Part shown: positions 63,258-64,000 of the stretch, in pieces
Numbering within the stretch: position 1 is the first letter of the stretch
How the letters are laid out: every line of letters begins with the position of its first letter
Assembly: GCA_963665235.2 (NCBI GenBank)
Contig: CAXXLX010000001.1
Coordinates: 1,696,001 to 1,760,000 of the forward strand
DNA from: Candidatus Poribacteria bacterium
Lineage (GTDB): Bacteria; Poribacteria; WGA-4E; WGA-3G
Length of the DNA: 64,000 nt
Direction of reading: 5' to 3'
Made by a program: the position numbers and the translations under genes
Notes under the pieces: generated by a model
Told to the model about the DNA's origin: nothing
Databases searched by the model: none
What the model saw: the letters and a program-made list of their open reading frames with translations, nothing else

Positions 63258-64000
63258 CTAAGTTGATTCGTTCAGTTTTGGGTGTTTCCTAAAAATTTTA
63301 ACAAGACTTCGTACCAACTTTTCCGGGTCGTGGCGGATAACGTTCATTTGAATTCCGCGCTCTGTAACAACCATTCCAGAAATGAGGTCATCTTCAATGA
63401 CTGAAATCCCTTCCGCTTCAAGGTTTTCGCGTTCCCGATTATAGGAGACCTGTACCTTTGAGACATCGGCAACCTGCATAGTTTCGGCAGAGAGCTGCGA
63501 GATATGCTTTGCAAGCCCCAGCACATCCATTGGGTGTGCTCTATTTTCATGAAGGAGAGAGAGCCCCTCATCCGATAAGGCGCGGATGCGCGTTAATTGT
63601 GAAACCAACTCTTTTCGGACATATTCCTGAATAATATCTGTCGGTGCTGGCTGTTTGTTGGCTAGTACATAGTGTAACGAAATTTTTGCATGGTCAAGGA
63701 CAGCGTTGACGTGGTCGGTTACAGCGTAGCCGTCGGTTTCCCCGGGTTGCGTCATAACGTTACAGATGTAGATTTTCATGGCTTTGGAGCGTTGAATGGC
63801 TTCAACGATACCTTTAACGACAAGGTTGGGCATGATGCTGGTATAGAGGCTTCCAGGACCGATGATAATGATGTCGGCACTAACGAGTGCGTCAACGGCG
63901 GCTTCATGTGCCTGGCATTCATAAGCTTCGCCGGTGTCGTGAGGTGTTTTTCCGTTTTCGCGGGGTTCAAAAAAGACACGTTTAATAGGTTCACGATTTT
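63258..64000 (-). CDS. yvcK: YvcK/gluconeogenesis factor family protein (5' part outside the window)
   Basis: IIIGPGSLYTSIMPNL, YICNVMTQPGETDG, RHDP. Confidence 0.88.
   Translation of the reverse strand, partial: NREPIKRVFFEPRENGKTPHDTGEAYECQAHEAAVDALVSADIIIIGPGSLYTSIMPNLVVKGIVEAIQRSKAMKIYICNVMTQPGETDGYAVTDHVNAVLDHAKISLHYVLANKQPAPTDIIQEYVRKELVSQLTRIRALSDEGLSLLHENRAHPMDVLGLAKHISQLSAETMQVADVSKVQVSYNRERENLEAEGISVIEDDLISGMVVTERGIQMNVIRHDPEKLVRSLVKIFRKHPKLNEST

Overview
Bacterial chromosomal window, most likely Candidatus Poribacteria. This is inferred from a secreted WD40 protein with a C-terminal 'KxAxxWGxLK' tail, AAA/PD-(D/E)XK paralogues, TPR-TlpA proteins and dense REP-like repeats. It opens inside a CRISPR array (8 full 30-bp repeats plus a truncated one), followed by a 126-bp tandem repeat. 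Housekeeping and metabolic loci: lipid A acyltransferase, MoxR/DUF58 operon, anSME-sulfatase, menG/ubiE, infC-rpmI-rplT, T-box-pheST, glnS-gltX, yvcK. Accessory regions: (i) two orphan DNA methyltransferases, a STAND ATPase plus Swt1-like HEPN, and hicB (13.7-20.4 kb); (ii) an ECF-sigma-headed operon of secreted and Cys/His-rich proteins broken by 10-bp and 25-bp tandem duplications and by a TAA-targeting MITE carrying an internal VNTR (28.4-34.5 kb); (iii) a defence island (41.5-57.8 kb) with ParA+HEPN, tandem AAA-nuclease genes, PARIS and a rearranged type III-A CRISPR module. In that module Cas10 appears to lack the HD nuclease and the only effector is a CARF-HEPN protein with an inserted seryl-tRNA-synthetase-like N-terminal arm. 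That effector is the best candidate for an undescribed system: a cOA-activated, possibly tRNA-directed RNase. All family calls come from motif recognition by eye; no searches were run.
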